Shown: positions 53,759 to 64,000, counted from the stretch's first letter. The stretch is 64,000 nt of DNA from an uncultured Chthonomonadaceae bacterium (GCA_963835065.1 CAWIEK010000008.1:11809-75808); one strand, 5' to 3'. Notes: generated by a model not told the origin, from the letters alone. Numbers and translations are program-made.

Positions 53759-53836
53759 GGGTTCGTAAATCTATAACTTCCCGAACCAGCGGGAACGCCG
53801 ACCTTCGCAAGCGGGAAGTTGTTAATTTACAGACCC
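53759..53836. mobile_element. 78-bp MITE-like element abutting the IS
   Basis: 25-bp inverted ends (20/25), TAA on both sides. Confidence 0.5.
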
Positions 53837-53868
53837 TAAGCGAAGGGACGCCGATAGTTCGCAGTTCC

Positions 53869-53906
53869 TGCATCCCTATCAACTACAAACTATCAACTAT
53901 CAACTA
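53869..53906 (-). repeat. (AGTTGAT)n arm directly after bcp stop
   Basis: atcaact units on + strand. Confidence 0.8.
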
Positions 53907-53907
53907 T

Positions 53908-54381
53908 TTAAGCGTTTTCCGCCGTCTCGCGGATGGCGGCCAACACTTCGTCGCTGTGTCCCGGCACTTTTACCTTGCGGAAAATGAAGCGGATTTTGCC
54001 GCCCGGCGCAATGACATACGTGGCCCGCTCGATTCCCATGTAAGTACGCCCGTACAGGGACTTTTCCGCCCACACTTCGTAATCTTCCGCCGTCTTGTGT
54101 TCCGTATCCGCCAGCAGGCGAAACGGCAGGCTGTACTTGTCGGCAAAGGCAAGCTGCGCCTTGCTTTCATCGGGGCTGATGCCCAACAGCACCGCATTTT
54201 CGCCGCTAAACTCCTCCCGCGCATCCCGAAACGCGCAGGCTTCAGCCGTGCAGCCGGACGTATCCGCTTTCGGATAGAAAAACAGCACAACCGTCTTATC
54301 CCGCAAGCCCGACAGCGTAACCGTTTCGCCGTTCTGATCCGGCAAACTGAAATCAGGGGCAGGGTCGCCAACATGCAGCAT
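53908..54381 (-). CDS. bcp: Thioredoxin-dependent peroxiredoxin
   Basis: FYPKADTSGCTAEACAFRD, GIERAT. Confidence 0.93.
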   Translation of the reverse strand: MLHVGDPAPDFSLPDQNGETVTLSGLRDKTVVLFFYPKADTSGCTAEACAFRDAREEFSGENAVLLGISPDESKAQLAFADKYSLPFRLLADTEHKTAEDYEVWAEKSLYGRTYMGIERATYVIAPGGKIRFIFRKVKVPGHSDEVLAAIRETAENA

Positions 54382-54442
54382 CGTTTATAATCCTTTGAAA
54401 TTGTAGTCTGAGTAATCCCCGGCAGATTGCTTCTTATTTTCT

Positions 54443-55488
54443 CTAATTCTCTGTGGTGAGGGACTGTTCCTGCTCAATGCGCTGCCGCTCCTGCTGCAAG
54501 GCAGTCCGCAGTTCTGTCTTCGGTTGGCAGATGGAGTTGGTAGCGGGAAGCAAACACTTGCGCGTTGGCATTGTGGAGGGTATAGCGAACAACCGCGTCG
54601 TTTTTATCGGTGCAGAGGATCAGGCCGACGGGCGGGTTTTCCCCTCGCGCATTTCTTCGGCCTCGTAGTAGCCGGTGTAAAAGAGCATTTGCCCAACGTC
54701 CTGATGCGAGAGAGCGCCCACTTTGAGGTCAATCAGCACGAAGCAGCGCAGGGTACGGTGATAAAACACGAGGTCAATGTAGAAGTTATCGCCGTCAACC
54801 GTGATGCGCTTTTGGCGGGCAACAAAGAAGAAGTCGCGTCCAAGTTCCAGCAAAAACTCTTGCAGCTGATCCATAAGCGCCTGTTCCAGATCGGTTTCCA
54901 GCAGGCGATGGGATTGCGGCAGGCCGGTAAACTCCAGAACAACCGGGTCTTTAATCAGGTCGGACGGCTGAAAAATCTCGTTGCCCTGTTCCGCCAGTTG
55001 CAGCAGCCCGGCTTTGTCGCGTGACAGGGCAAGCCGTTCATACAGCAGGGAAGCAATCTGCCGTTCCAACTCCCGCGTAGACCAGTTGGCTTTGACACAT
55101 TCCGCCTCATAAAAACTCCGCGCTTCCGGCTTTTCAACGCGTCCGCAGCAAGCGGTAATGCGTCCAACTCAATTCTTGACGCAGTGCGTCACGAATTGGG
55201 AACGCATTGTAGAACGTCCGCATGTCCGACAAATTGGATCGGTCAAACCCTTTGCCAAACTCCTGCGTCAACTGCTTAGACAGATTTTGCAGCAGGCTTT
55301 TACCATAATCCGCCCGCGCCTGCCCGCGCTGTTCTTCCTCAACGATCTCGCGCCCAATCTCCCAATACGCGCGTACCATCTCGGCATTGACCGCCTGCAA
55401 CGCCTGATGACGTCCGCGCTTGCAGAATGTCGCGAATACGTTGGTAAACCGGATCAAAATTGTCGTCTGTCTTGGATAGGTTTGACAT
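54443..55488 (-). CDS. DUF1016/YhcG PD-(D/E)xK nuclease-family protein (several frameshifts)
   Basis: YWEIGREIVEEEQ, LSWTHY, IKDPVVLEF, FLLELG, FYIDLVFYH, IDLK. Confidence 0.88.
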
Positions 55489-55557
55489 GGCTTGTTCGTT
55501 CTCACAAGGCTTTATGTGCAGACGAAAGATGAATTTGCGACGCAGCGCGTTGCGAAT

Positions 55558-55946
55558 TCACCAGATTACGCGCACAAGGCCACTGTTAGTAATAGACACA
55601 TCGCGTGTCAGGCAGGGACAATTACGTGCCAGTGCCACACCCACAATAATGCGGTCGTGCATTTCAGGTACGGCGGCAAGCCGGTCAAATTGTCGCACAT
55701 CACTCGCCTGAAAATTAACAAACTGGAACTGCCTTGCCGCCATTAAGCGAACCAACTCCTGCGCAAAGTTGAGGGGTTGCTTCAGTTTGACGTTGACGTA
55801 GTAGAGTTCCGCAAGGACAATCGCCGGTATGAGAATACGCGCCTGTCCTTGATCGGCGGCGTCGAAAACGGCAGAAGCGTTCGCGCCCAATTGCGACAAT
55901 TTCAGCAAATACCAGAGGAGGGCATGCGTGTCGGCAACATACTCAA
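55558..55946 (-). CDS. PIN/VapC toxin (start codon obscured, probable indel)
   Basis: YVADTHALLWYL, EMHDRII, LTRD. Confidence 0.85.
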
Positions 55947-56194
55947 GTAACTTCCTTGTCCTCCCACTCCTTCTCCCACTCGCTTCTAACTTCCTTTAAG
56001 ATGGCGTCAATATCCATATCTTCAGGTATCTTCCCTGCCCATGCGCCGCGCAAACTCACAGGCAATTGCGAAGTTTCAACAACTTTGGAAGGCAGAAACA
56101 TCACTACCACTTCCGCCCCCTCCTCGACATCCACTGGTTTTTCAGATAGTTCCACACCACCGTTCCGATATGTGCCAGTCACTGCTGTCAGCAT
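55943..56194 (-). CDS. Antitoxin-like protein
   Basis: MLTAVTGTYRNGGVEL..; small, acidic tail, overlaps PIN gene. Confidence 0.7.
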   Translation of the reverse strand: MLTAVTGTYRNGGVELSEKPVDVEEGAEVVVMFLPSKVVETSQLPVSLRGAWAGKIPEDMDIDAILKEVRSEWEKEWEDKEVT

Positions 56195-56365
56195 TGTTTC
56201 TCTCCTTTACATCTTCAATACGCAACTTCGGCAATTCGGAACGCGCTGCATTCCGAATTGCCATTCCCAGGCAGAAGGTAGATTCGAGAAGCAGTGCGTC
56301 TCGAATCTATGCCCCCACTACAATTCTCGACGCAGCGCGTCGAAAATCACACGGAATAACGTGGA

Positions 56366-56911
56366 TCAGGCAGTCAGTGCAAATAAGTCGGCAACGCGGC
56401 AACGGAACGCAGGCAGCAAATCGCCGCCCGTAATTTCCTGTTCGGGCGTATACTCTACAAACTGCATGGGTGACGTGTACGCGATAACGCGGCGCGTGTC
56501 CGGGAACAGATACCACACTTGCTGTGCGCCGGACGCGAAGTATTCCCCCCGCTTACGCGCAATATCGGCGGGTTCCTCGGACGGCGACACGATTTCGATA
56601 CACAAATCCGGGGCCGCATCTCCGAAGGTGTCCGGCGCAACGCCGCCCGGCAACCGTTCCCGCCGCGTAAACGACACATCCGGGGCGCGTACATTGCCCG
56701 ATGCCATGCGAAACCCGGCCTGCGAACTGCACAGAGCGCCCCGCCCGATTACGGCAGGCGTCAGGCGGTAAATGACAATAGCCGCGATCTCATCGTTGCG
56801 TACGCTTCCCGGCACTTCCTGCACCTCCCCGTCCACAAGTTCAAACTTGCGCCCCTCATCCGGCAGGCGCATAAACTCTGCTTCGGTCATGTAAGGTTTC
56901 GCTATCGTCAT
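56366..56911 (-). CDS. Uma2/DUF820 endonuclease-like protein
   Basis: FELVDG, RAPDVSF, PDLCIEIVSPS, GGDLLPAF. Confidence 0.92.
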   Translation of the reverse strand: MTIAKPYMTEAEFMRLPDEGRKFELVDGEVQEVPGSVRNDEIAAIVIYRLTPAVIGRGALCSSQAGFRMASGNVRAPDVSFTRRERLPGGVAPDTFGDAAPDLCIEIVSPSEEPADIARKRGEYFASGAQQVWYLFPDTRRVIAYTSPMQFVEYTPEQEITGGDLLPAFRCRVADLFALTA

Positions 56912-56940
56912 TCCCATTCTCCTCGCCAGCATGGTGACGT

Positions 56941-57140
56941 TTAACTCTGTGCTTTTTGCAAATGAGTATTTAAGATCAAGGGTTCTCGTCTCCCATTGTG
57001 GAAAACATAGCACAAGTCTTTGAAGTCAAATACGGCGTCAACTGCATGAATAACCTCATGATGGTTAGGGCAGACGAGCATCAAATTCTGCAAATTGTCT
57101 GACCCTCCTCGTGAAAGATAAACAATGTGGTGCAAGAATG
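56941..57140 (-). pseudogene. C-terminal remnant of HNH endonuclease
   Basis: HHIVYLSRGGSDNLQNLMLVCPNHHEVIH; upstream part missing. Confidence 0.7.
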
Positions 57141-57223
57141 ATGGAGGTACTTGTGCTATAATACGCATAGAGTTTGTTCGCATTCAACCGGGCAAACATA
57201 CTAAGGGGATATAGGCACAAACG

Positions 57224-58204
57224 ATGAAAATGCTCAATCTTAAATTGCTGTTTTTAACCTTTATCTTAATATACATTTGTAGTTTGAAATCTGCGTGGTC
57301 ACAATCCATATACATTAGTGATAACAGTACATCGGTACATCAGTATACCATTAGAGGTCAGGAAGTACGAATACTAACTCCAGGTAGCTCATTTACACCT
57401 GAAGGCATGACAATCGGGCCAGATGGTCAGTTATATGTTGCGAGTCAGTATACAAATCCTGCAAATAGCAACCGGGTAGTCGGCATTTATCGGTTTAATC
57501 CCAATACCGGGCAGTATCTTGGGACAGTAGGTTCATTTACTCCTAATGACTTCCTCTACGATCTTACGTTCGGGCCGGATGCTGCCTTATATGCAACTGG
57601 ATTCGGCAAGGTTTACAAAATTGATGTAGCTACTAATGCAACAAGCGTAGTGACCAGTACATACTTCACGCCACTTGGGTCTTCTTCAAAAAGTCTGTTC
57701 ATTCCTTATGGCCTAACCTTCAGACCTGATAATGGACATTTGCTCCTCTCGAATTTTAACAACGGCCTTGATGGTACAATCGAAGAGTTTGATCTTAGCA
57801 ATGGAACCTCCCACACATTTGCAACTGGATTAGCTGGTCCATTTGGAATTGTGTTCGGACAAGACAACAGGCTTTATATTGCGGACGGGAACGTCTCCGT
57901 AGTAGGAATCAACGGCGGAGTAGCGAAAGTTTACTTGTCTAACACATCAACTATGGATTACTTCAACAATCCTCGTTACCTTGCTTTCGATGGTTCCGGT
58001 AATCTATACGTCACAAACAGCGGCATAACTCGTGTACCAGAGTTCAACAGCACAGGCACATATTTGGGCTATCTGGATACTTCAGGTGCTTGGGGCATCG
58101 CCATCAAATCTACTAACCCTGTTCCTGAACCTTCGATAATTGCCTTCTTTATCGCAAGCGTTCTAACTGGTATTACCTTCCTCCGTTCCCGTAAGCCTGT
58201 GTAG
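57224..58204 (+). CDS. Low-GC PEP-CTERM Vgb/NHL-like beta-propeller protein
   Basis: Signal peptide, TIGPDGQLY/TFGPD blades, VPEPS-TM-RSRK. Confidence 0.88.
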   Translation: MKMLNLKLLFLTFILIYICSLKSAWSQSIYISDNSTSVHQYTIRGQEVRILTPGSSFTPEGMTIGPDGQLYVASQYTNPANSNRVVGIYRFNPNTGQYLGTVGSFTPNDFLYDLTFGPDAALYATGFGKVYKIDVATNATSVVTSTYFTPLGSSSKSLFIPYGLTFRPDNGHLLLSNFNNGLDGTIEEFDLSNGTSHTFATGLAGPFGIVFGQDNRLYIADGNVSVVGINGGVAKVYLSNTSTMDYFNNPRYLAFDGSGNLYVTNSGITRVPEFNSTGTYLGYLDTSGAWGIAIKSTNPVPEPSIIAFFIASVLTGITFLRSRKPV

Positions 58205-58307
58205 AAGGTAACCTCATTCTGACGAAACCTCCAACGATTTTACATGCAACGGCGTTGCTGTTGATTGCCTGAATTGCTTTTACACAGTCCCTAAAGCGTC
58301 AATAATG

Positions 58308-59970
58308 TTAGTATTTTGAAGTGGCGAACCGACGTCGGCTATCGGGGTACGTCACAGATGAACCTCTGCCACTCCCTGAGTCTACCTCATTGTACTTCTG
58401 CAACTGTGAGATAAGGAAACGTTCCTCTGGATTTATACAAGCCAGCAATTGTGTATAGAAAAATTCTTGCATTTGTTCTACTGGCAAGCTAGTCGCGGCG
58501 ACAGCAGTATAGCGTCTCATTTCCTGATAATAGTTGTTCTTACGAAAAACGTCCATCAGTAAATCGTTGCCTTGACCATGTTGTTGCAAAGCCCGTAAGC
58601 TCTTGCCTTTTCTTGAAGCATTAGAACCAGACCAATGGGTAATAGGGCGTGATGCATCACGTTCAAAGCGCTCCACAAGTTTTTGTCGAAGTGAAGCGTT
58701 GTGAATCATTGTGGTAAGGCTGAAACTTCCGTAGCAAAACGCCAATTCAGTATCCAGCATATCTGCTTTTTCCAATATTATTTTACCGAGTAGTTCTTGA
58801 ACCGGACTACAACGGATATTGCTATTGAATATGGGCAGCCATCCCGCTAAAGCATTAGCTGCGCGAACAGAATGGTCAATATAACAGTCGAACAATTCTT
58901 GCAACAGGGTATCTGGCACACTCTGTATTGTCTTCATATTGTTGCGAATAGTAGCTAACAGGTAGTTGACCGCGTAGCGGTCAATATCGAAATCGTTGAA
59001 CTCCTCGCGCAACATACGCATAGCAATCTGAATTTTCTGCAAGCTTGACACAGATGCGTGTTTTAACGTCGTTTGTTGAAACCGTCCTACCATATTGTCA
59101 AAATGAGCAAGACGATCTGCTAAGATAGCGCAAACACCGAACTCTGATTTCGAGACATTGACAACAAGCCCTAGCTCAGAAAACATAGTTTCCAGTTGCT
59201 CATTTTGCCAAGCAACATTCGCTTTAGTACTTCCAAACAAGCAGTAATCATCTACAAACCGGCAGGCGTGGTAGTTGGGCTTGTCACAAGCATAATCTAT
59301 CCTCAATAAAAAGGAGTTCTGCAAAGAAAAAACTTGCATCAAGTCCTTGAGGAATTCCTACTCTGTCATCAGGGAACCAGCCGTCCAGCAAGCGAAACAA
59401 ACGATGCTTATGAGAAGCTAAAACCTCCTCCTTTGCAAAGAAGGCGTCTTGGTAATTTGTGGCTATAGCCTCTTCCAACATGCCATGTTGTATATTGTTG
59501 AAGAAGCTTTGTATGTCTACTCGTTGGAAGAATGTGTAGCGAGAACACTGATGCTTCAGGAACTCCCTAAAGCCCGACCAGCGTTGAAAAGGCTGCAACT
59601 CAAACCATATCTCTGATGTTGACGAGAGATTAGGTTTAAAAGAAAAGGATATATCATTCTGTAGTTTGCGCGAACGTACTCCAAGATGTCGCGCTAAACT
59701 GTGATATTCAACGGCCTCTGGAACTGGTTGGTAATGAAGGGGCCGGATTGAGCCACGATGAAATTTTGCAACTTCATACGTAACTGCATTACTCCCTGCA
59801 ACGTTGTTGTACTCGTTCTGACGAATAGCGTTATATATCCATTCCTTTCCACTGTCATGACCGAATATTGCGGATGACAAGTAAGGTAAGGGATATTCAC
59901 TATCATCCAACTCTTTCAGGCAGTTGACAATCAACTGTTCTATCACAAGGCCATTCGCAATTATAGACAA
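58308..59970 (-). CDS. Reverse transcriptase, UG/Abi-like with helical C-terminal domain (~553 aa after removing one base from A5 run 59308-59312)
   Basis: AK..IRP, VDIQSFFNNIQH, GIPQG, RFVDDY, LGLVVNVSK; TTG start with AGGAGG RBS. Confidence 0.88.
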
Positions 59971-60030
59971 CTCTACACCCTCCTACAGTACAGCTACTAC
60001 ATCTACATGCAACCGACGTTCCTAAACAGT

Positions 60031-63000
60031 TTACCTGCTTACGAGCAAACGTCCATTAGTTGAACTATCTAACGCGCGTTGGTTTGACGACGAGGAAGCC
60101 GCCTCCGTCCATGTAGATTGTCTTCCAAGCAGGCGTTCTACATCCTGCTTGAAGGCATCAGAATACTCAGCGAGTAAATCCGTGCATACTTCGTAGATGT
60201 GTTCACCGTCAGGAACTCGAAGATGAACTGGCATTGCATTCCCGTTTCCTCTATGTCGCAGAATGGTGTCATGTACCATTTGAAGTGTGTTACGCCTTGA
60301 AGCGTCAACCTGAACAACAATTTTGCGTGGGCCGACGTTCGCGTTCGCGCCCCCACTGCCCAACGCCGTAATGGTTTCGGCCAGTATTTCCACCGTGACG
60401 CCGCCCTCATCGTCCTCGCGCACCCGTTCCCGGTGATTGGCCCGCCCGCCGAGCAGGACAATTTTGTCTTTTTCCAGCAGATGCCCCGCTGTGGCGTATG
60501 TGGACGGGAACATGGTGCAGGCAACGGTTCCGGTCATGTCTTCCAAAGTGAAGAAGGCCATCGGTTCGCCGCTTTTTTTGGACGTGAACGGCTTGATACT
60601 CGTGATAATGCCGCCAATCGTCACTTCCGTCCGATCCGCTTTTTCCGGCAGTTCGGACACGCGGATTGCGTCTCGCCTTTTCAAAGCGCGGCATAAACGC
60701 TTGCAGGGGATGGTCGGAAATGTACAGGCCGAGCAGGTCGCGCTCGAAGCCGAGCAATTGCGCGGACGGGTAATCGGGGATATTGGGGATGGGAATGGTT
60801 TCCACCGTCGGCCCCACATCCGCATCGTCGCCGAACATATCCGACAGCGACGCCTGCCCGTTCTTCTTGTCCTTTTGCGACCGCTGCGCCGCCTGACAGC
60901 ACGGGTCCAGGGCTTCGATCAGGGCGCGGCGGTTGGTATGGCCGGGGAGGGACGCGAACGCGCCGCTTTGTATCAGCGCTTCCATCGTTCCCCGCGACAC
61001 GCTGCCCGTCTCGCTGCCCATCACGCGCTGGCAGAAATCGGCCAGACTGGCAAACGCCCCGCCCTCTTCCCGAACCCGCAAAATCACTTCCACCGCGGCT
61101 CGTCCGACGCTCTTGATGGCGGCAAGGCCGAAGCGAATAGATTGCGAGGGTGTCGGGTGTCGGGTGTCGGGTGTAGATATTGTCCGTTGTAAGATTTCCC
61201 CCGACACCCGATACCCGATACCCTACACCCTTCCACCGTAAAGTCCGCCCCACTGGAATTAATGTCCGGCGGGAGGACGGGAATGCCCATGCGCTTGCAC
61301 TCGTCCATGCACGTTACGAGTTTGTCGGATTTTTCGATGAAGCAGGCCAGCAGGGCGGACATGTATTCGACGGGGTAGTTGGCCTTTAGATAGGCGGTTT
61401 GATACGCCACCATCGCGTAGCAGACGGCGTGGGCTTTGTTGAAGGCGTAACCGGCGAAGGGTTCCATCAGGTCGAAGATTTCGTTGGCCTTCTTTTCCGA
61501 AACGCCGTTTTCCCTTGCGCCGCGCAAAAAGTTTTCGCGCTCCTGCACCATCACTTCTTTTTTCTTTTTGCCCATGGCGCGGCGCAGCAGGTCGGCCTGT
61601 CCCAGCGTGTAGCCGGAAATAATCTGCGCGATCTGCATCACCTGATCCTGATACACGATGACGCCATACGTTTCGTCCAGCAGTTCCTTTAGTTTTTCGT
61701 GCGGGTATTCGATCTTTTCCAGCCCGTGCTTACACCGGACGAAGCGGGGAATATGCGCCATCGGGCCGGGGCGGTACAGGGCCACCATAGCCGCCACGTC
61801 GCGCACACTCGTCGGCTTCAACTCCTGAACGTACCGGCGCATTTGCGGCGATTCCAACTGGAACACGCCCACGCACTCGCCGTTGCCCAAGAGTTCGTAG
61901 GTTTTGCGCACGTCTTCGCCGTCGCCTTCGAGCGGCAGTTGCGCACATCCAGTTTTTTGCCGGTCGTCTGCTCCACGTTTTTCAGCGCCTGTCCCAAAAT
62001 GGTCAGGTTAATCAGCCCCAAAAAGTCCATTTTCAGCAGGCCGATTTTTTCCAGCATGTTCGCGTTATACTGCGTCACGCAGCCGCCGTCCGCGCTCCGC
62101 GTGAGCGGCGTGTACTCCACAAGCGGGTTGTGCGAGATGATAACGCCTGCGGCGTGAACGCTGGCGTGGCGCGAAATGCCTTCCAAGCGTTTCGCGGTAT
62201 CAATCAATTTGCGGGCGGCGGGGTCGCGCACATAAGCGTTCTTGAATTCCGGGTTGGCGTCCAGCGTCTTGTCAATGGTCATGCCGACGGGGATCGTCGG
62301 GATCATCTTGCACAATTTGTCCACGTCGCCGGCGGGATAGCCCAACGCCTTTCCCGCGTCTTTCAGTACGGCGCGGGCGGCAAGGGTTCCGAACGTGATG
62401 ATCTGCGCGACGCGGGCTTCTTCGGGAATGTCCTGATTGGGGCTGTACTTTTTGGTGACGTAATCAATCACTTCCCCCCGGCGCGTGTCCTCAAAATCCA
62501 TATCCACATCGGGCATCTGAACGCGCTCCGGGTTCAGAAACCGCTCAAACGTCAGGCCATACTCAACCGGGTCAATGTCGGTAATGTCCACGAGGTAGAG
62601 ACAAGGCAGCCAGCAGCGGAACCGCGCACGCCGTAGTAAATGCCCTTCTTGGCGGCAAACTGCGCAAAGTCGCGCACGATGAGAATATACTGCGCGAACC
62701 CGGTTGTCTGGATAATGCCGAGTTCATAATTCATGCGGTCAATCACGCGCTGCGGGCGGGTTGCCATTGTACTTTTTAAGCAGCCCTTCTTCGGACAGCT
62801 TGGTGAGATACTCAAGCGGCGTGTATTCGGCGGGGAAACCGGGGGAGGGCATGGGCGCGCGCCCGAATTCCAGTTCTACATGGCAGCGTTCCGCGATTCC
62901 CAATGTGTTTTCGATGCAGCCGCGGGTGCAGCTTGTGAAACAAATCCTTCATCTGCTGCGATGATTTCAGATAAAACTCCTGCGTGGCGTATTTCAGGCG

Positions 63001-63713
63001 ATCCGTATCCGTGACAACCGAACCCGTCCCAATGCACAGCAAAATATCATGCGCGTCGGCGTCCGGCCCGGTGAGATAATGCACATCGTTGGAGCAAATC
63101 ACGGGCAGGCCGAGTTCGCGCGAAATTTTGAGCAGTTGGGTATTGGAGTGTTCCTGTTCGGGCAGGTTGTGGTTCTGAATCTCTACATAATAGTTGTCGC
63201 GCCCGAACAGATCGCCATAGTACGCGCAGGCGTCGCGGGCGGAATCGTAGTCGCCGCGCAGCAGGTGCGAGTTGATTTCGCTGCCCAGACAGGCGGTGGT
63301 GGCGATCAGGCCCTCGTGGTACTTTTCCAGCAGTTCGCGGTCAATGCGGGGCTTGTAGTAAAAGCCTTCCAGCGCGGCGATGGTGGTGAGTTTGAGCAGG
63401 TTCTTGTAGCCTTCGTTGTTGCGGGCCAGCAGCACCATGTGGTACGCGGACTGGTCCAGCTTGGCCTCTTTTTTCGCCGATGCCGGGGCGCGACATACGC
63501 CTCCACGCCCAAAATCGGCTTCACGCCCTTGTCCTTGCATTTGCCGTAGAAATCCGCCATGCCGTACATGACGCCGTGATCGGTCAGGGCAAGGGCGGGC
63601 ATTTCCATTTCCGCCGCGCGGCTGATCAGATGCCCGATGCGGTTGGCTCCGTCGAGGAGAGAGAATTCGGAGTGAACATGAAGGTGAACAAAATCGCTGC
63701 TGGTATCGCTCAT
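60031..63713 (-). CDS. dnaE: DNA polymerase III alpha subunit (multiple frameshifts, probable sequencing errors)
   Basis: FVHLHVHSEFSLLDG, RGSAAG, FERFLNPER, PDVDMDF, HAAGV, KMDFLGL, YAFNKAH, IRFGLAAIK, OB fold. Confidence 0.95.
61148..61230. repeat. 83-nt inverted (GGGTGTC)n hairpin inserted inside dnaE
   Basis: mRNA-strand termini GGGTGT...ACACCC; lies between codons for FTVE and SQSIRFGL. Confidence 0.9.
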
Positions 63714-63733
63714 GGTTGCCTCGGAAGGAAGTT

Positions 63734-63842
63734 AGGTTTCAGGTATCAGGTTTCAGGTATCAGGGGAGAACGCTGCTGCATTCGTCTCATCTATAAGGAA
63801 GAAGAGCCTTTTCTGACACCTGAAACCTGACACCTGAAACCT
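63734..63842. repeat. Inverted (AGGTTTC/AGGTATC)n hairpin in dnaE leader
   Basis: Left arm 63734-63763, right arm 63813-63842. Confidence 0.85.
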
Positions 63843-64000
63843 TATTTAGTTCGCGCCACTCCACGTTGCCCTAGATGTGGCGCATGAGGCTATTCTAGCG
63901 GTTTTATCCGCCAAACACAACTAGACATATCTGTACGTATGTGCGTACTGGTGTTTGCTGCAAGTCACTGATAACAACTGCGCTGAGGAATTTACAGGAA

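Noticed and set aside
59284..59342. Programmed frameshift or two-subunit RT
   Set aside because: The break lies between the PQG and FVDD motifs at an A5 run, matching the window-wide indel pattern.
20155..59970. DGR formed by the Avd-like gene plus the RT, or the RT as source of the heptamer repeats
   Set aside because: The genes are 38 kb apart, no TR/VR pair with adenine-specific mismatches was seen, and the RT sits in a low-GC island while the repeats are in host-like DNA.
59971..60330. Retron msr-msd upstream of the RT
   Set aside because: Only 60 nt are intergenic, no a1/a2 inverted repeat was found, and the RT lacks the VTG motif.
60031..63713. dnaE as pseudogene, split gene or programmed-frameshift gene
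   Set aside because: It is essential, all motifs are present in order, and single-base indels also hit pseC, DUF1501, LCP, chrA and DUF1016. Assembly error is the simplest explanation. No intein motifs were seen.

Overview
GC-rich (~60%) bacterial chromosomal window. The gene content (PEP-CTERM proteins, LCP, VanW, a Planctomycete-style DUF1549/DUF1501 module) suggests Armatimonadota, which is an inference only. Housekeeping and envelope genes are pseB/pseC, galM, cysE, cheA, phoB/phoR-like, dut, pdp, yebC, kdgK-like, chrA, bcp and dnaE. There are also two ECF sigma loci, an IS5-family element and two toxin-antitoxin/defence-type patches (~15.9-17.4 kb and ~54.4-60.3 kb). Many genes, including essential dnaE, carry single-base frameshifts, mostly at homopolymers, so these are most likely long-read errors. 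Most notable: (1) A family of inverted 7-8-mer tandem-repeat hairpins. One encloses a four-helix-bundle (23S-IVS/Avd-like) gene and sits exactly between a stop codon and the next RBS. Several 'empty' copies fill operon junctions. One 83-nt copy lies inside dnaE, and its precise removal restores both the frame and the usual DnaE motif spacing. (2) A low-GC UG/Abi-like reverse transcriptase 60 nt downstream of dnaE, where the compositional boundary falls inside the dnaE 3' end. No rRNA, tRNA or CRISPR array was recognised.
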